The position numbers and the translations under genes were made by a program. A stretch of 63,972 nt of DNA, filler included, from Blastocystis sp. subtype 4 (Eukaryota): NCBI RefSeq assembly GCF_000743755.1. It is 6 parts of 6 records of this genome, joined end to end, with 100 filler letters (N's around TTAATTAATTAA, not from the genome) between each part and the next. Parts side by side here need not be neighbours in the genome. Positions count along the whole stretch, not along the records: positions 11,167 to 22,028 come from NW_014569230.1; positions 22,129 to 32,939 come from NW_014569229.1; 4 more parts are not named here. One strand, written 5' to 3'. The notes beneath the pieces are model-generated. The model made no database searches, was not told where the DNA came from, and saw only the letters and a program-made list of their open reading frames with translations. Of the stretch, positions 11,315 to 24,116 are shown one piece after another. Position 1 is the stretch's first letter, and the number at the start of each line of letters is the position of its first letter.

Positions 11315-13893
11315 AGTCCATGGGATCTTCTTCCATTTTGTTATTCAAATCAAGCATTTCTTGCATGCTCATTGGTTCCCACTTCACCTCCTCCCCATTC
11401 GTTCGTACAAAGGCCACATCATCGTCAATGAAAAACTGAACAATTCCAAACAGATAGAGTTTCTTTCCATCATGTGTCCGATTTTCAATCTGTTTCAATT
11501 CTATATTACACTTCTCTCCCCACAAATCCAAAGCATCTCGCAACGACATCGTCGAGCTCTCTCTCTGTTCTTGCCGAAGTTTCTAGATATCACATCTACT
11601 GCCTATACTTACATCGCGCATTCGATCCGTTTTCTCTTGGATAAGTCGATTCTGAAGGACATGCCGATATGTGATTGGCTGACGATACACAGAAGGATCA
11701 ATCTGATTTCCTCCCTCCAATACTTCATTGATAATGTCCCAAGCTCGATTAAACTGAAGAATTATGTATCGATTCTCGAGAACAGAATTGGGAAATAGAG
11801 ATCTCCATCCTTCTATCCATCCACACACCTCCTTCAGAACCACACCCGATTGATGTGACCAATCATAGAGAATGTCCAACCATTGTGGAAAGAACTCTCC
11901 TTCAAGTATCGCTGAGAATGTATCTGAATCAAACCACTCAGACCACTCCATCACATCAGTAAAGTATTCAATGTGTTCTTGATTACCAGGATTCACTTCC
12001 AGTTGACGAAGTGAAGATGCCAGTTTGGGTAGAACAGCGTTCTGAAGAATAGATGAGAGAGACTTTCGAGCTGCCTGAAATTGAGCATCTGGAGTGATGT
12101 GTGGAGTAAGAAAAGGTATCATATCTGTGAGAAAATGAAGTGCTGTAGAGAGTGAGGGAAGCGAAGAGATGAAGGAAGTTATTGTGTAATTCAGGGTTGG
12201 GAATCTTCATGTTAAGTCATTCTATCAATCCAACATATCCACTTTAAATCCAGGAAGAACTGTTTGATAGCGAAGAATTGAACCAAAAAACTCCACTTGA
12301 TTGACCGATGATTTGGAAGACCAATCAGACAACTAGGAATGAACAAATATAATATTTCCAACGCAATGTTTCAATTTGTGAACGATTGGAGTTGTGATAA
12401 AATCAAAAATCGTGGAATTGTCCCAGATGTCTCTAGAAGCATTCAGTAATTTTGCATAATTTGTGAAATGCTTCGTACTAAACACATTAAATGATTTGTC
12501 CAATTTATCGCGAATCGATTTCAACATCGTATTTGTGAAGATTGTCGTAACAAGATATCGACTCTCATCATTCTTCTTCTTAGAAGGTAATTCCAACCAA
12601 TTGTAGTCAAACAGATGAGATTCTTCTTCCTCTTCTTCTTCTACAAGAATCACATCCTTCACATGTTGGACAAGTTCAACAAACGAATCTGCATTCTAAA
12701 TATCAAATAGATGAACATGTCATACCTCTAACGGATTCCAATCTTTAAACTCCTGTTCAATCGATGGCTGAAGTGTCCATGGAAGCAGTTGAAATACTTT
12801 GTATCGATAGTATTCTACAGGGAAGTCGATTTGCATCTCCTCGAAGAATGAGAGAACATCAAGGGGATGTGGTGGCAACAATTTGGACTCTTCCAAAAAT
12901 CGTTGAATTCGCTGAACCAACTCAGTTAAACTCATCATGTTGGCAGAATCAGTTTCCATCTTTACTTTCAGTTGATCCAATAATTGCTGCAAATCAATTT
13001 CTGTCCATTTTCTTACTAGTTTCTCCTGCTTCATCGATTCTTGACGTCGATTCTTACTTCCATACTGAAGAATACGGTTTTCTTCTTGAGCTGTTAGACT
13101 CTCCAGATTATAAATCATCTGTCCATCATATCCCTTACAAAACCACACCTCAAATCCAATAGCATTTCTGTCTACCTGAATTGGATTCAGTCCAGCACCA
13201 ACAATCCTTGTTGTATCCTCTTTTCCTGTATGGTCGGTAAAGACAAGTGGTTTAACCTCCTGATCTTCTTCTCCTTGCTCTTGAAGGAGTTGTTCAAGGG
13301 TTTTGAATCTAGAATAATTACTTTCATTTGGTACCTACACTCTTCGGGTCTTTACTGGTCGAGAAGGCTGAGAAAATGAATCGCTATCACTTGCAGATAA
13401 CTCATCTTCCTCAGAAGAAGAGTCTTCTTCCTCAGAAGAAGAGTCTTCTTCCTCAGAATCCTTCCACCAATCCTTTTTCACTTTTTTGTCCTCCTCTTCC
13501 ACACCTAGTTGCTACATCTCATTCCAACTCCTCATATTTGCTACTTTGCTATACTGTTTTGCGATTTCGCGATTGACCTTAAGACTTGTTGCTTCCTTAA
13601 ATCCATCTGCTCCTAAACCCAGTCCTTCAGGTCGTTTCTATAAGAAATTACTATATCAGAGAATTCCTTACCTTTGTAGCAATAGGCTGAGCAATTCCTT
13701 GACCATCTTTGCCGAGACGACCGTCAAAGCCGAGTTTCCTCATGAACTTCTCTCCAAATCCCGTTGTATACTACATACATTCACTAAATTCATCACTCCA
13801 TACCTTCTGCCAAGCACCAACATTCGACGGAAGAGACTTCTCCTTCGGCTTTTCAGGATCAACTTTCTTCTCGAATAATGGTATTTGGCTCAT
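11315..13893 (-). CDS. TFIP11: TFIP11/Ntr1 spliceosome disassembly factor (G-patch + GCFC), multi-exon; stop probably completed by poly(A)
   Basis: G-patch TTGFGEKFMRKLGFDGRLGKDGQGIAQPI..RPEGLGLG; AVLPKL..VNPGNQ..EFFPQWLDILYDW..GWRSLFP; C-terminal THDGKKLYLFG..KWEPMS. Confidence 0.92.
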
Positions 13894-13990
13894 TCTTACC
13901 TTTGAGTTGATCGATTCTATAGTGATGACAATATACGATATTAACGAACCACTGAACAGATCATTCAAACTCAGATTACAAGCACGGACA

Positions 13991-16900
13991 ATGAATACCT
14001 TGATGGCCTTTGGTCAATCAGTCGAGAGTGAGCTTAACTGTTCGGTGGTCTCACTCCATAATCCTCAATTGTAGTGTTGGTGGATAGTGGTTCATCGAAT
14101 AGAGTGGGTACTCTTCAGTTGTCAGAAAATGGAAAGAAGATGCGAACTGTCTATGCTGTCTTGAAGAACAATATCTTATTCTATTACAAGGATGAAACAG
14201 TAGGATATTGCATTGATATGTCATAGAAAGGCAAGAACACCTATGGGAACGATTTGTATTGATGATGCAAGTTGTGATGTATCTATTCATATCCTATTTA
14301 ATCACTAGGAGGCTCACGTCGATCAGCCATATGCATTTGAGTTGGTAACATCGACAGGTAGGAAGTTCCTGTTTGCAGCAGAGAGGTCGTAGTTGAGTGT
14401 ATCACTAATCTCTAGAGAAGAGGATCGTTCTCGCTGGATGTACTCAATAAAGGAGAATTCGTATACAACACTTAAAGAGACCATCAAGTCGATGGAAGAG
14501 GGTCTACGTAATATGGCTATGGTTGAAGTATGGTTACATTCTGTTTGTGAATGTAGACAAGCAAAATTGATGAGAAGAATCGAGAGAAACAAGAGAAACT
14601 GCGAGAATATGCTGAGCATGACCGTCAATTAGCAGTAATGCGTGTATCTCGTGTGGTAAAAGCATTGGATAAATCGTATCATTGCTGGATATGTGTAATA
14701 TAGTCTAAAGATGATGACTTTCATGTTGTGGCATCGTGTTGCTAGTGAGGAAAAGGAGAAGGTTATGAAGGATCAGTTGGAGAACACTACAACTGAATTA
14801 CAGTCAACTAAAGAAGAGAAAGTGAGGGAGTTACAAGAGAAGCAGCGTGAATGTGATCGAAAGGTCGCCATTACAGCGCTCTCAGCAATGCTCACAGCTA
14901 CTCGACATCGCCTTCTGATACAAGCTATGAATTGCTGGAACTGTGAGGCCGAGAGAATTCGAGTCACTGTGATGAAGGATGAGGAATGTAAGATGGCAGT
15001 GAAAGTGGTGGAGGATGCTAAGATGAAGGCTCTAACAGAGGCTAAGGCCAGTCATGAAGCTGAAATAATCCAGTTGAAAGAGAAGCATCAATCATTACTA
15101 CGTTCTCGTGCTGTGTTGGCTTTGCAGGAGTTACGATTAAAACCCCGTCTGGTCCTTCTTTCAGCTGCGTTCTCTCGTTGGCAACTTCAATCAGCACAAT
15201 TACAAGCGATGGAGCAAGAGAACAAAACCATTGCATCGTTACAGAAACAGCATGAAGATGAACGTGAAGCATTACGTGTTGATCTGACAAATCAGTTGGA
15301 GAAGAGTAGGAAGGAAGTGAGTTCTGATAGAGAATATGACTTATAGACGGAGTCGGTGATCGAACAGAAGGATACAGTTACATCTCAGTTGAATGAAGTG
15401 AAGAAGGAATTAGAACAAACTCTCTTAAAGAAGAAGGAACTGGAAACGGCTTTGTCAGAGGCTGAAACTCAGATTACTACTCATGAGAAGCGAATTCATG
15501 AATTGGAAGAGGCTTTGAGAGTGAGTAAGGAGTCAGATGAACAGTGTCACGAGGAATTGAAGAGTCGGGAAAAAGAATTGGAAGAGACAAAGACAGAGCT
15601 AGCATCTACACAGTCGAATCTCCAGGAGACACAATCAACGCTGGATACTACTAAGAAGGATCTACAGACAATGACAGATAAGCAGGCAGCAACTGCATCT
15701 TCTCTGACTGCTACACAGGATGAGTTGAAGGCACTTCAAGCATCCTCTTCTGCTGAGCTTGCTGAGAAAGAAAAGAAAATCGCGGGACTGGAGAAGAAAG
15801 TGGCCGAAGTACAGGCATCGCTGGATTCGACTACTCTATCGTTGAACCAACTCACTGAGGTATCGGCAGCACAAATTGCAGAGTTGACATCCTCTCTATC
15901 GACAGCAGAGAAATCTCTGACAGCACTGCGAGAAGAGATTGATCAAGTAAGGAACCAGGCTTCGGAAGACAAGAAGAATCGGGAAGAGAGAATTGCCGCT
16001 CTTGAGAATGAACTCGATAACACAATCAAGAGCTTGGATAGCAAGTCCAGTGAACTTCAGAAAACAATTGAAGAGCAGGAGAAGTTGAGAAGCACATCCT
16101 CCGAGAAGATTCAGGAGCTGGAGAAGGCATTGGAAACTATGAATCAGCGAGCGAACGGATTGGATGAGAAACTAAAGCAAAGTCAGGAGAAAGTGGAGTC
16201 TTTGACTCAACAGTTGAAGGCAGCTGAAGAATCGATTGAAGAATGGAAAGAGAAGGCCAAGGAAACAGAGAAGGCTCGTGCAGATGCTCAGAAGAATGCA
16301 GATGAGCAGACAAGCGCCTTAGAAGCTTGTCAAGAAGCTTTAGTAGCGACAAACAGTCAATTATCATCTCTACAGCATCAGTTTGATGAAACGAACTCAA
16401 CTCTGGAATCAACACAGAAGAAACTTCAGAGTAGTGAGGAACAAACGAGTAAGCTGAGTAATGATCTTGAGAAGACTATGGCGAAACTAACTGCAACAAA
16501 GGAACAGGCTTCAAAGCAGAAGAGTGAAGATGGAGCTCAGATCAGTGAATTGAAAGGAGAAGTAACTCGCTTGACGGCGATCGCAGAGGAGAAGGTCAAG
16601 CTTGAGAAGACACTGAGCTGCACTCAGAAGGAGTTAGAGACGTCGAAGCAACAAAGCGAGGCTCTACAGGAGCAGTTGGAGGAAGTGACGGAAGCTAAAC
16701 AGAAGGAGGCAGAAATAGCTCTGGAAAAGGAAAAAGCAGCACAGAAACGCGAAGCAGAGTCGAAGAAGGTCCAGGAGGAGTTGGAATCAGCTCAACGCCT
16801 ACTACAGGAACAAGTAACCGGATTGAATGAAGCGTTGGAGAATAGCAGACGCAACACGCAGAAGCAACAAGAGAGAGGAGATGAATTGGAGGAAACTCTG

Positions 16901-19900
16901 AAGACTGTGAAGGAACGGATGGAAGCAGATGCGGCGAAGGCAGGAGCAGTGTTAGCTGAAAGAACTGCTGAGCTGGATTCAGCCAAGAACAAGACAAAGG
17001 AGATAAAGAAGGAGTTGGACATAATGGCAGCATCTCTGAAGGAACGAGAACAGGAATTATCACGAGAACGTGAGGCAAAGGCAGGTGTTGAATCGGAATT
17101 GGAGGATCTGAAGAGATTGCATTCACTTCTGGAGTCAAATTCGCAGCAGAAGGAAGAAGAAGCGAAGACAACAATCACTCAGTTGAAAGGATCAGTTGAA
17201 GAATTGAAGGCTCAAATCTTGTCAGCAGAAGCAAGTCTTGCTAGCAAATCAAAAGAATATGAAGAGATACGACGTAGCGAATCAGTGTACAAGCAGGAAT
17301 GTGAGAACTACAAAGCCAAATTCGCTTCGTATCTGGATTCATCACCTGATGACATTATCAACAATGTGAAGAAGGAAGTGGTATCACTTCAAGAGCAGCT
17401 TGAAGAAGAACGGAAGATAACTGCTCATCTGAAGAAGGTAGAAGGTGAATTAGAAACGACACAATTGAGAGAAAAGAAACTGGAGGAAGAAATAACAGAA
17501 CAGAAGAAAGAAAGAGAGAAGGAAGCAACGAGTGCAGCAGCTGCAATAGCTGAGTTGAATGGAGTGGTAACAACCATGAAGGCAGAGAAGGCTGAAGTGA
17601 GTAAGGCCCGGGATGAGGCGATACGTCGAGTGAAAGAGTTGGAGAACCTATCTGTGGAACTGGAAGCAAGTCAGAAGCGTTTATCATCGCTTACAGAGGA
17701 ATTGGACCAGGTGAAGGAGGATTCAGCAAAAGCTCAGATGGATGCAAAGATGGAGAAGGAGAAGTTAAAGCAGGATCTGGAGACAACTCGATCGGAACAG
17801 TCATTGACTAAGAAGAAGTTAGAGAAGACACTAGAACGTGTAACGGTGTTGGAGACATCTGAGAAGAGTCTTCAGAGTAAGCTGGACACGAGTCAGAGTA
17901 GCGAAGAAGCCTTGAAGAAACGACTGGAGAGTCTTCAGGAGTCTCTCTCTGGTGACAATGCGAAGGCTCAGAAACAGATCGAGACACTGACAGAGACGCT
18001 AACGCAGCAGAAGACGGAGTTGAAGGGATTGAAGAAGGAGGCAGAGGAGTTGAAACGACAACTAACTCATATGGAGGAGGTGGAGAGTGAGTTGGCTACT
18101 AGCAAGCAACATGTAACAGAGTTGACAGCATCCCTTGAGAAGACGCAGCAAGAGGCTGCTTCAGCCCAAGATCAATTGACCGAACAACTATCGGAAGAGA
18201 AGGAAAAACTGGCAGAGAGTCAAACAGAGACTGCTGCTGTGACGAAGAAACTGCAGACAGTCGAAGCGGAGTTGCAGGAGGTTCAGAGTCAGTTGTCCAA
18301 GGCTCAAGCAGAAGAGGCTTCATTACGGAAGTTGATGGATCAGACAAAGCAGACATTGCAGGGAGATGCTACGAAGGCTCAGAACCAGTTGGATGAGCAA
18401 ATGAAACTCATTGTTTCATTACGTGAAGAACGTGAGAAGATAGGATCAGAGTTAACAGAAACGAAGAAGGCACTAGAAGCAATGGAAACTCGAATGACGG
18501 AGATGGATGCTCAGCGAACAGTCGAAGTAACAGAATTGAAAGAGAAGCATGAGGCAGAGACGGTGTCGATGAAGGAGAAGCTCCAAGCTGTAGAACAAGC
18601 ACGTAGTGAGTTGCAGTCAAAAGTGGATACTCTCCAGTCAAGTGTGGCAAATTCATCCTCTCAAGAACAAGAATTGGTGGCTGTTCGTGAAGAAGTGAAG
18701 AGTCTGAAGGAGCAGCTACAGCAAGTGACAGCAAAGAGTGAAGCGGAGTTAGCTGATAAGAATCGTATCATTGATACTCTCTCGCAACAGGCAACTACGT
18801 TGACGGAGACAATGACTCAGGAGACAGAAATGAGACAGAAGGAAGAGAAGACTTTGAAGCAAGCGTTGTTGGAGAAGGAAGAAGAATTGAAGAGTGTCAA
18901 GCAATCTTTGTTGGCAAAGGAAGGAGAGTTAGCTTCAGTACAACACTCTCTCTCTGTGAAGGAAGAGGAACTGCTGAGTCTTTCACAGAAGCAACCTTCA
19001 GAAGAAGAGAAGGCTGCTGTATCCCAAGAACTAGGAAAGTTGCGTGCTTTGTTGCATGAGCGAGAAATGCAAGTATCTGCTTTGGAACAAGAGAAGGTTA
19101 AGACAAAGGCCACTACAGAGGCTACCGAAAAGACTCTTCAGACTCGTATTGCTTCTCTGGAGCAGACAGTTAAGACAAGCGAAGTGGAGAAGCAAGCTGT
19201 TGAGCAGGATCTGAAGAATGCAATGGCAGAGGCGAAGGAGCAAGTTAGTACTCTTGAGAATCGTTTGAAGGAATCAGAACTAACAAGTGGAAAGCTAATG
19301 CGAGAGAATGATGATCTGAAGACAACTCGTAAGAATTATGAGGCCCAAATTCAACAGATGACAGAGGAGTTTGTGCGTATGAATGAGGAGATTGCACGAT
19401 TGGAGAGTCAGGTAGAGGCAGCAAAGGCTTCGACTCCTCTGGAAAGCAGCGAGCCACCAAGTGAGGCACTTCATCCAGAGAAGGAAGAAAAGAAGAAACT
19501 TAATGTTGCTGGTTCGTTCATGTCTGGCTTTAACAAACTGAAGAAGATGGCTACCAAGGAGACAGAGGCTGCTCCTCTTCCTTCTGCTCCTGCAGAAGAT
19601 CTCTTTAGTTCTCTCCAAACGGCTCCTTCTCAAGATCCTTCTGAGGACCTTTTCAGTGGATTATCTTCGACTCCTCAAGCTGAGAATACTGATCTTTTTG
19701 GAGGTCTGTCATCCACTCCCAATGAGCCTGTTGAACCAGCTGAAGAGGATCTATTGAATCTGGATGCTTTAGCTACAGAAGACAAGAAATCACGTTGGGG
19801 TCTGTCATTTGGACGGAAGGGAGGTGCTCCAAAGGAAGAGAAGAAGAAGAGTGGATTTGGACTTGGTTCATTGATTAAGGGAATTGGAGGCAAGTCTTCT

Positions 19901-20263
19901 GACTCGTTCCCTCCAACTGAAGTAGGAATGGAAGTGAGGTTTAATTGAAAGGAATTAGACTTGAGTCAAGGTATGAATAGTGAGGCGGTTAACACGCTGT
20001 TTGATCAGTGGAAGTATCCCGAGAACCACAAAAGGAGAATCCGTGAGTGGATAACTGAGGTTGTGAATGGTCAACCTATTACCGATCTGCACAAAAAGGG
20101 ATTTAACCTTAGTAATGTGAATGGTTATGTTGCTGGAGGATTCTGTAACTGTTTGGTCCCCTTGATGAAAGCCCGATCTGATGTCGATGTATTGTTCCAA
20201 ATGAGTCAGCCGAAGTCGGATGGCTATTCAATCCGTATGCAGGTGTTTGCTAAGGATATGTAG
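13991..20263 (+). CDS. Very large PH-domain + extended coiled-coil protein (~1,950 aa)
   Basis: Spliced N-terminus gives a PH domain (VYAVLKNNILFYYKD..PMGTICID..PYAFELVT..KFLFAAE..EEDRSRWMYSI). Then a 1530-aa heptad-rich exon, DLF-type motifs, and a last exon ending VFAKDM*. Confidence 0.8.
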
Positions 20264-20335
20264 TCTATTTGTTTGATCACTCAAAACCGCGGGAATTACA
20301 CTTTTGTTTATTTCACATTGTCTAGTCATCCAAAC

Positions 20336-20988
20336 ATGTCTCAGATAAGAAAACTCAAATATCATGAGCAGAAGCTCTTGAAGAAGACAAATTTTCTCGA
20401 ATGGAAGAAGGATGACACCGTTCGTGAAGCAGCCATTCTTCGTCGATATCATATTACCAGAAGGGAGGACTATCAATAGTAGGAGTGTACTATCTGATGA
20501 ATATGTCAGTTATAATCGCCTGGTGGGAAAACTACAGCAGTTTGCAAAGAAACTGGCGGAACTTCCTCCTGATGACGAATTTCGGATTCAAACAACAGAA
20601 AAACTTGTAAAGAAGTTATATGACATGGGGATTCTTCTATCCGAAGGTTCCTTGGCTGCTGTTGAAACAATCCATGCATCTGCCTTTTGCAAGTCGATTT
20701 GTGCGGTTCATTTGATCAATAGACGTCGTCTCGGAGTTATGCTTATTCACATGAAAATGGCCCATAACTTGGAAGAAGCCGACAATCTAATTCGGCATGT
20801 AGGGAATAAAATGGATTTGTGAAGTATAGGGACATGTACGAGTTGGAACCGATCTCGTTACAGATCCAGCATATTTAGTTACAAGAAATATGGAAGATTA
20901 TGTAACTTGGGTAGATACATCCAAGATTAAGAGACATGTTATGAAATATAATGAGAAACTTGATGATTTCGATCTTTTAGGCGAGTAA
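20336..20988 (+). CDS. IMP3: U3 snoRNP protein IMP3, multi-exon
   Basis: [71 protein letters not shown]. Confidence 0.96.
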
Positions 20989-21169
20989 TAGGTTTAGTTC
21001 TGTTTCTTTCGTAATCCCCCTTTTCGCTTTCTCTTTTCTCCACAGACGAATAGTCGATCATTCAACGCTACGATATACCAATTCTCACCTTGGTTTCCAC
21101 ATTTCCACGATTCATGTAACAACAGAATCGTTCCGTATCAATATTACGTTGGTTTGAAAGTGTAGTGAG

Positions 21170-22028
21170 ATGGAAGTTACTTCTTGTGGAGACTTGAATA
21201 CCTTCAACATGGACCACGGTTACAATGAGGCCCTTATCCGTGGTTACAAATCGGGATTCCTGACAGAGAGTGAATATCATCACATTGCACAATGTGAGAA
21301 TATTGAAGGTAGGTGTGGTTATTGATTTGAGTGTAATCGAACTAGATGTGAAGCTTAACTTACAGGAAACGGACTACGGTAATTTCTTAGGAGATGAGGT
21401 ATGTTTTATTCGTTCATTATGGTTCTCATTGTTAGTCTTCCCCAATTCTTCCCAGCACGGTTCGTCGATGTGCTCTCAAGAAGCTTGCAAGTGAGTGGAC
21501 GTTTATGAGAGCTCAAGCTATGCAGCCTCTTGCGCAATTCATGGATTTCACGTCGTACTCATGTGAATTCTTCCTGTAACTGATAGGTATGAGTTCATGA
21601 TCGATAACATCATTCTTATCCTCAAGCTGAGTCTGTCGAATCCTTCCCTGACGAAAGAGGAGTTGATGGAAGAATGCAATCCTCTGGGAATGCTTCCTGA
21701 CCACATCATGAAATCGATTGCTGCATTTGAGAACAGTCCTCAGGGTTTCCGTGACTTATTCCAGATCGTTCTTGTTGAGATTCCAGTGGGAAAGTACTTC
21801 TGTCGTTTCTTAAACGAGCAGACCGAGAATCATCTTCTTAATGTGGGAATGAAGAACTATGTTGATCCATAGGGAGCGAAAGTGGTGAAATCGATCTTAG
21901 AAGAGACATCATTGGCAATGATGGAGCAATGTGTGAAGAATTACTGGTTGGAAGACTTCTATTATTGGACCCAGGAGTTGGGAGGATATACATCAGAGAT
22001 GATGGGTGAGATCTTGAAGACAAAAGCT
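21170..22028 (+). CDS. VMA6: V-type ATPase V0 subunit d, 3'-truncated at contig end
   Basis: FNMDHGYNEALIRGYKSGFL..QCENIEDVKLNLQETDYGNFL..MIDNIIL..CNPLG..WLEDFY..TSEMMGEIL. Confidence 0.95.
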
Positions 22029-22128
22029 NNNNNNNNNNNNNNNNNNNNNNNNNNNNNNNNNNNNNNNNNNNNTTAATTAATTAANNNNNNNNNNNNNNNN
22101 NNNNNNNNNNNNNNNNNNNNNNNNNNNN
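22029..22128. other. Artificial contig linker
   Basis: 44 N + TTAATTAATTAA + 44 N. Confidence 0.98.
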
Positions 22129-22393
22129 ATTGAAGTGAATGTATGATCCATAGCAAATTGATGACGATACATTGCAAGCATTACTCGAGGAAATTGGATT
22201 AGTATCCTCGGTATATCACAAACCTGCAGAGAGCTTCATCACTCCGAGTGTGGGACCGAAACCAATTGAGGAGACTGGAGATGAAGGGAATGTAGAGTTA
22301 GAAGAAAGTGAGGAGAACAGTGAGGAAAGTGAGGAAGATGAGGACATCTTTGAAGAAGAGGAAGAGAGTAATGATGCCAACTTTGTGTTTTGA
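22129..22393 (+). CDS. 3' end of an unidentified gene with an acidic tail (partial)
   Basis: Open frame ending EEEEESNDANFVF*. Confidence 0.45.
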
Positions 22394-22435
22394 GTAGTAT
22401 GAACCTGTTTATTTTGGAGATGTAGAACAAAGATT

Positions 22436-23323
22436 TCACATTTCACTTCCAAGTCGGTGACCACTTCCTACACCCCACTTCCTCTTATAGACATCATCAT
22501 CCTTCTTATTGATTCCAGCAGGTGGAAGTCCCAGCATTCTCCGTCTAGTCATCAAGATTTCATTCATCAATTACAATGAATTCGGTGTCACAAAGAGAGG
22601 TAGATTCTTCGTCTTTTCACAGACTTGAGAGAAGTAATAGAAGATATGGCCAGTGATGATTCCAATTACATTATCGGTAATTGGAGCTCCCATCAACAAC
22701 GAAAAGGCGATGAGAACGAAGGGAACGTAAAACCCTTTGATGGAGATACCCCAGAAGGATCTGGGTGTATTTGGGTTCTGCTTACTCCAGAGATAGATGC
22801 AGTACTGAAGAAGAGGCATACTCAACAAGTAGTTAGGTATGATGAAAGCAACAATCTACGGGAAAACGGTTTTGTTCCACCTACAATGTTTAGAAAAGCA
22901 CCCCATAATACGCAGAAGATAAAATCAGCAGCATCTCCTGCAGCACCTAGAATAATAAATGATATGAGGAGACGTACCTCGAGTACAACTGAGTGGATTC
23001 AACTCAAAACTGGATCCAAAGGAATAACTCCGTTGTTACATTCACCCAACTTCTTACATAAACATTAGGTTGAAGACGAAGTTCATCGAAGGACCTCCAA
23101 TGTAAAAGAAATTCGACACAAGACGCCAGATCTAATCCTCACGAGATTCCTCAGTCTGTACTTCGAAATGTTTGAGAACCAGATTACGAACGAACACTAG
23201 ACTGAAAGGATCAAAGAGTCCAAAGTTTCCTCCAAATCCTGTCAACAGAAGAATCACCAAATAGGTTCTCGTGAACGGAGGAATTGCATAGAAGAACGAC
23301 GAAAAGCCGCTATCTGTCTGCAT
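22436..23323 (-). CDS. DER1: Derlin (ERAD component), multi-exon
   Basis: IPPFTRTY..WRLVSNFFY..YLWSKQNP..YVPFVL..IGIITGHIFYY..TP; C-terminal SHP-like WGVGSGHRLG. Confidence 0.92.
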
Positions 23324-23411
23324 TGTGAATTGTGAAGAAGAAAAGAAATCCTTTCAGGGAATTGAACTCTGTATATCATGTGATTGTTGCAAATCACTTA
23401 CATTTCTTGGA

Positions 23412-23927
23412 ATGGAAAAGGAGGAGGCGTCTAGAGTGAGGCAGGAGCAATTGAAGGGATCTGGATGGGTGTCCATGTACCCCTCTTATGTAGATAAAGA
23501 GAGATCAATCAAAGACGGTCGTCGAGTTAAGGTTGAATGTGCTTGTATGATTGTAACTGGTACTGTGAATAATATAGGTGAAAATCCATCAACAATGGAT
23601 GTAATGAATGCATGCACCAAATTGGGTCTTGATTGTCTTCTTGAAGTAGGTTTTTGATTTATCATGAGATGTAGCCAAAGAGATATCCAAAGGCATGGTG
23701 GGTATTTGGAAGGTGTCGTATTCGTCTTCATAATCCCGATGGTAGTCCTTGTAATACAACAATTAATTCTCGTTTCACTCTGTCTATCATATAATATATA
23801 GGAAAAGAATTATTTCATGCTATTGGTAAGATGATTCCATTGGTACGTGAAGAAGTCAAAAAGGAAATGCCTACACGTCCTGCTGCGAAGTCTACCAAGA
23901 AGGGAAAAGGAAAGGGAAAGAAGAATT
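23412..23927 (+). CDS. SRP19: Signal recognition particle subunit SRP19, multi-exon; stop probably completed by poly(A)
   Basis: WVSMYPSYVDKERSIKDGRRV..ENP..KRYPK..GRCRIRL..SRKELF..I; Lys/Gly tail. Confidence 0.93.
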
Positions 23928-24116
23928 CGTTTGTTTCTTGGAATCAGCCATATTGAGTAGTTAGGATAGAACATATGTAGGGATGCAGCTGGAATATCAT
24001 ACCCAATTGAGATAACCAACTATGTGATCTGAATACACCACCTAGTCCAAAACAGCAGCTAACAACTCAGGAATGCACCAGTTACCCAACAAACAATCTA
24101 GCTACAAACTAGTCAT

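Noticed and set aside
13405..13460. 21-bp tandem repeat in TFIP11 and CT-rich microsatellite in WDR74 (~35390-35425)
   Set aside because: Ordinary low-complexity acidic coding repeats.
16137..19893. Many Leu/Ser-rich minus-strand ORFs
   Set aside because: Antisense shadows of the Glu/Lys-rich coiled-coil exon.
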